A stretch of 25,783 nt of DNA from positions 1-25,783 of IMG/VR virus record IMGVR_UViG_3300046786_000279; one strand, 5' to 3'. Shown piece by piece: positions 24,285 to 25,783 of this stretch. Positions within the stretch are counted from its first letter, which is position 1, and every line of letters begins with the position of its first letter. The translations under genes and the position numbers were made by a program. The notes below the pieces were generated by a model, which did no database searches, was not told where the DNA came from, and saw nothing but the letters and a program-made list of their open reading frames with translations. Source of the stretch: a virus. Its lineage: Duplodnaviria; Caudoviricetes.

Positions 24285-25783
24285 TCAGGTTGCTGTGTAC
24301 TTGTGAGCTGTAACAGCGTTACCCAAGTTAGAAGTAACACGTGTCATACCGGTACGGAGGCTAGCCACCATAACGCGACGTTGTGTTTCAACCAATTCTT
24401 GTGTATCGATGCGGAGACCGCGCTGGTTACCAACCAAGAAGTTGCCTGGGTTCAAGCAGACAGCACCAGCAACACCAGTACCTGGGGAAGCGAACTCTGC
24501 AGAAACCAACACAGGGCTACCACCGATTTGACCGATTTGACCGGTCAGCAATGTAGCTTGTGTACCAACTTGATTCATTGTCTGGAACACTGGATCTTCC
24601 AGCAACTGATAGTATGTATCGGTATTAACGATATAAATAACTTCAGCAGGATCGAGACCCCAAGCACCCAAACCTTGGCGCAATGTGCGCATTTTAGCAA
24701 CTGTCATGCCAGCAGCAACAGTGTTACCAGTAGCAGTGGTGTTAGCAGCCCAGTTTGTCAATCCTTTAACAGGATCAGAACCAGAACCAGCACCTAACAA
24801 GAAGGCCTTGTCAACAGCGCGAGCAACACGGCGAACCATACCATCACGGATGATAGGCATCAAAGCCAACAATGCATCTTCTTCTTCTTCATATGCAGTG
24901 TACTCGTTAGTAGCAACTTTATATGCATTCAAAGTGATTTCTTTGATAGCGTGTGTAGCATTTCCACCAGCAGAAGCACCAGCTGCACCCAAGGTAGCAG
25001 GAACGGCGCCAAAGTCAGCGTTAGTTACCCAAGTTGCAGTACCTGCTTCTGGGTTCACAGGGATGGTCATCACATTGGTTTGCATAGCAATGTTACGAAA
25101 CACTGGAGCAACCACTAAACGACGACGAACCTCAGCTTCTAAGTTTGTAGAAACTTCGAGTTCCCATGTGGCTGAAGGCACGTGAGCACCGTATTTTTCA
25201 ACCAATTGACGACCAGTTTTTGTACCGTCGAGTGATTTGCCAGCCATTTTAGCTAACAAAACAGCCTTTTCTTTGTCAGCGTAAGACATACCGTCTTTGG
25301 CTTCTTGGAAAGACATTTTAGATTTTGTAATTGCTTCGATTTCAGCAGCTTTCTCTTTGAGAGTGGCTTCTAAACCAGCGATAACAGACTTGCTAGACTC
25401 TTCAGCCTTTTCCAAGCGTTTTTCAACTTCAGCTAACAAACGCTCTGCACCTGTGTCACCAGTAGAGATAGAAGCAACAGCGGCTTTAACGCGTGCATCT
25501 AAGTCAGCTTGTGCTTTTTCAGCAGCAGCTTTTTCAGCTAATTCTTTTGCCTGTTTGTCGGCAATGGCTTTTGCAGTTTGCTCAGCCGCTTTGCTAGCTG
25601 CATCAGCCAACATTTGTTCTAATTGTTTTGGATCCATTTCCATTTCCTTTTTGACATCGCTGCTTGCTTCCGTTGAGGATTCTAGCCCTTTAGCTGATTC
25701 GCTTTTGGGTGCAAACTGCATTTTGAAAGATTTAAATTCTTCGGCTGTATCAAACGCCTTAGAAAGACTAAATAGTGTATTTT
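24285..25783 (-). CDS. Major capsid protein (HK97 fold, T5 pb8-like with N-terminal scaffold domain); reading frame open past the window edge into a prohead-protease-like sequence
   Basis: Coiled-coil Ala/Glu/Lys-rich delta domain followed by HK97-type motifs (D.AFL.G.GS...KGL, GQIGQIGGSPV.VS). Likely internal start at ATG 25637 (MDPKQ, SD AAGGA, 450 aa). The upstream in-frame sequence NTLFSLSKAFD resembles a protease C-terminus. Confidence 0.92.
   Translation of the reverse strand, partial: NTLFSLSKAFDTAEEFKSFKMQFAPKSESAKGLESSTEASSDVKKEMEMDPKQLEQMLADAASKAAEQTAKAIADKQAKELAEKAAAEKAQADLDARVKAAVASISTGDTGAERLLAEVEKRLEKAEESSKSVIAGLEATLKEKAAEIEAITKSKMSFQEAKDGMSYADKEKAVLLAKMAGKSLDGTKTGRQLVEKYGAHVPSATWELEVSTNLEAEVRRRLVVAPVFRNIAMQTNVMTIPVNPEAGTATWVTNADFGAVPATLGAAGASAGGNATHAIKEITLNAYKVATNEYTAYEEEEDALLALMPIIRDGMVRRVARAVDKAFLLGAGSGSDPVKGLTNWAANTTATGNTVAAGMTVAKMRTLRQGLGAWGLDPAEVIYIVNTDTYYQLLEDPVFQTMNQVGTQATLLTGQIGQIGGSPVLVSAEFASPGTGVAGAVCLNPGNFLVGNQRGLRIDTQELVETQRRVMVASLRTGMTRVTSNLGNAVTAHKYTAT

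Noticed and set aside
362-25185. Numerous plus-strand ORFs in the track (e.g. 665..1186, 17351..17827, 20089..20526, 24303..24797, 24685..25185)
   Set aside because: They lie antisense to clear structural genes, lack SD sites and recognisable motifs, and are explained as codon-bias shadows.
25638-25721. ATG 25721 as the capsid start
   Set aside because: It is simply the first ATG in an edge-truncated frame, has no SD, and the frame stays open upstream.

Overview
This window is the virion morphogenesis module of a tailed dsDNA phage (siphovirus-type), AT-rich and almost entirely coding, with every credible gene on the minus strand. In transcription order (right to left) it encodes: the C-terminal end of a T5-type prohead protease that appears fused in frame to the major capsid protein; head completion, tail completion and tail terminator proteins; a T5 pb6-like tail tube; a tail assembly chaperone pair joined by a -1 frameshift (G GGA AAC); and a 1565-aa tape measure protein. 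A lambdoid-type tail tip follows: Dit/gpM-like, DUF1833/gpL-like, an NlpC/P60(gpK)-gpI-gpJ fusion with a PA14-like insert, a separate gpJ-C-terminal/central fibre protein, and two 'YG..F..G..DS' tip proteins, one extended into a 1452-aa repeat-rich adhesin-like protein. A separately promoted downstream unit carries a membrane/coiled-coil protein, a collar-like protein with nested insertions and several fibre-related proteins. Two perfect TTGACA-17-TATAAT promoters each sit directly behind an intrinsic terminator. The main points of interest are the protease-capsid fusion with an internal start, the T5-like/lambdoid chimera with a junction inside the tape measure gene, the K-I-J fusion with split J, and the large adhesin-like tip protein. 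Family assignments come from motif recognition by eye, not from database searches. No tRNA, rRNA, CRISPR or mobile element was seen.
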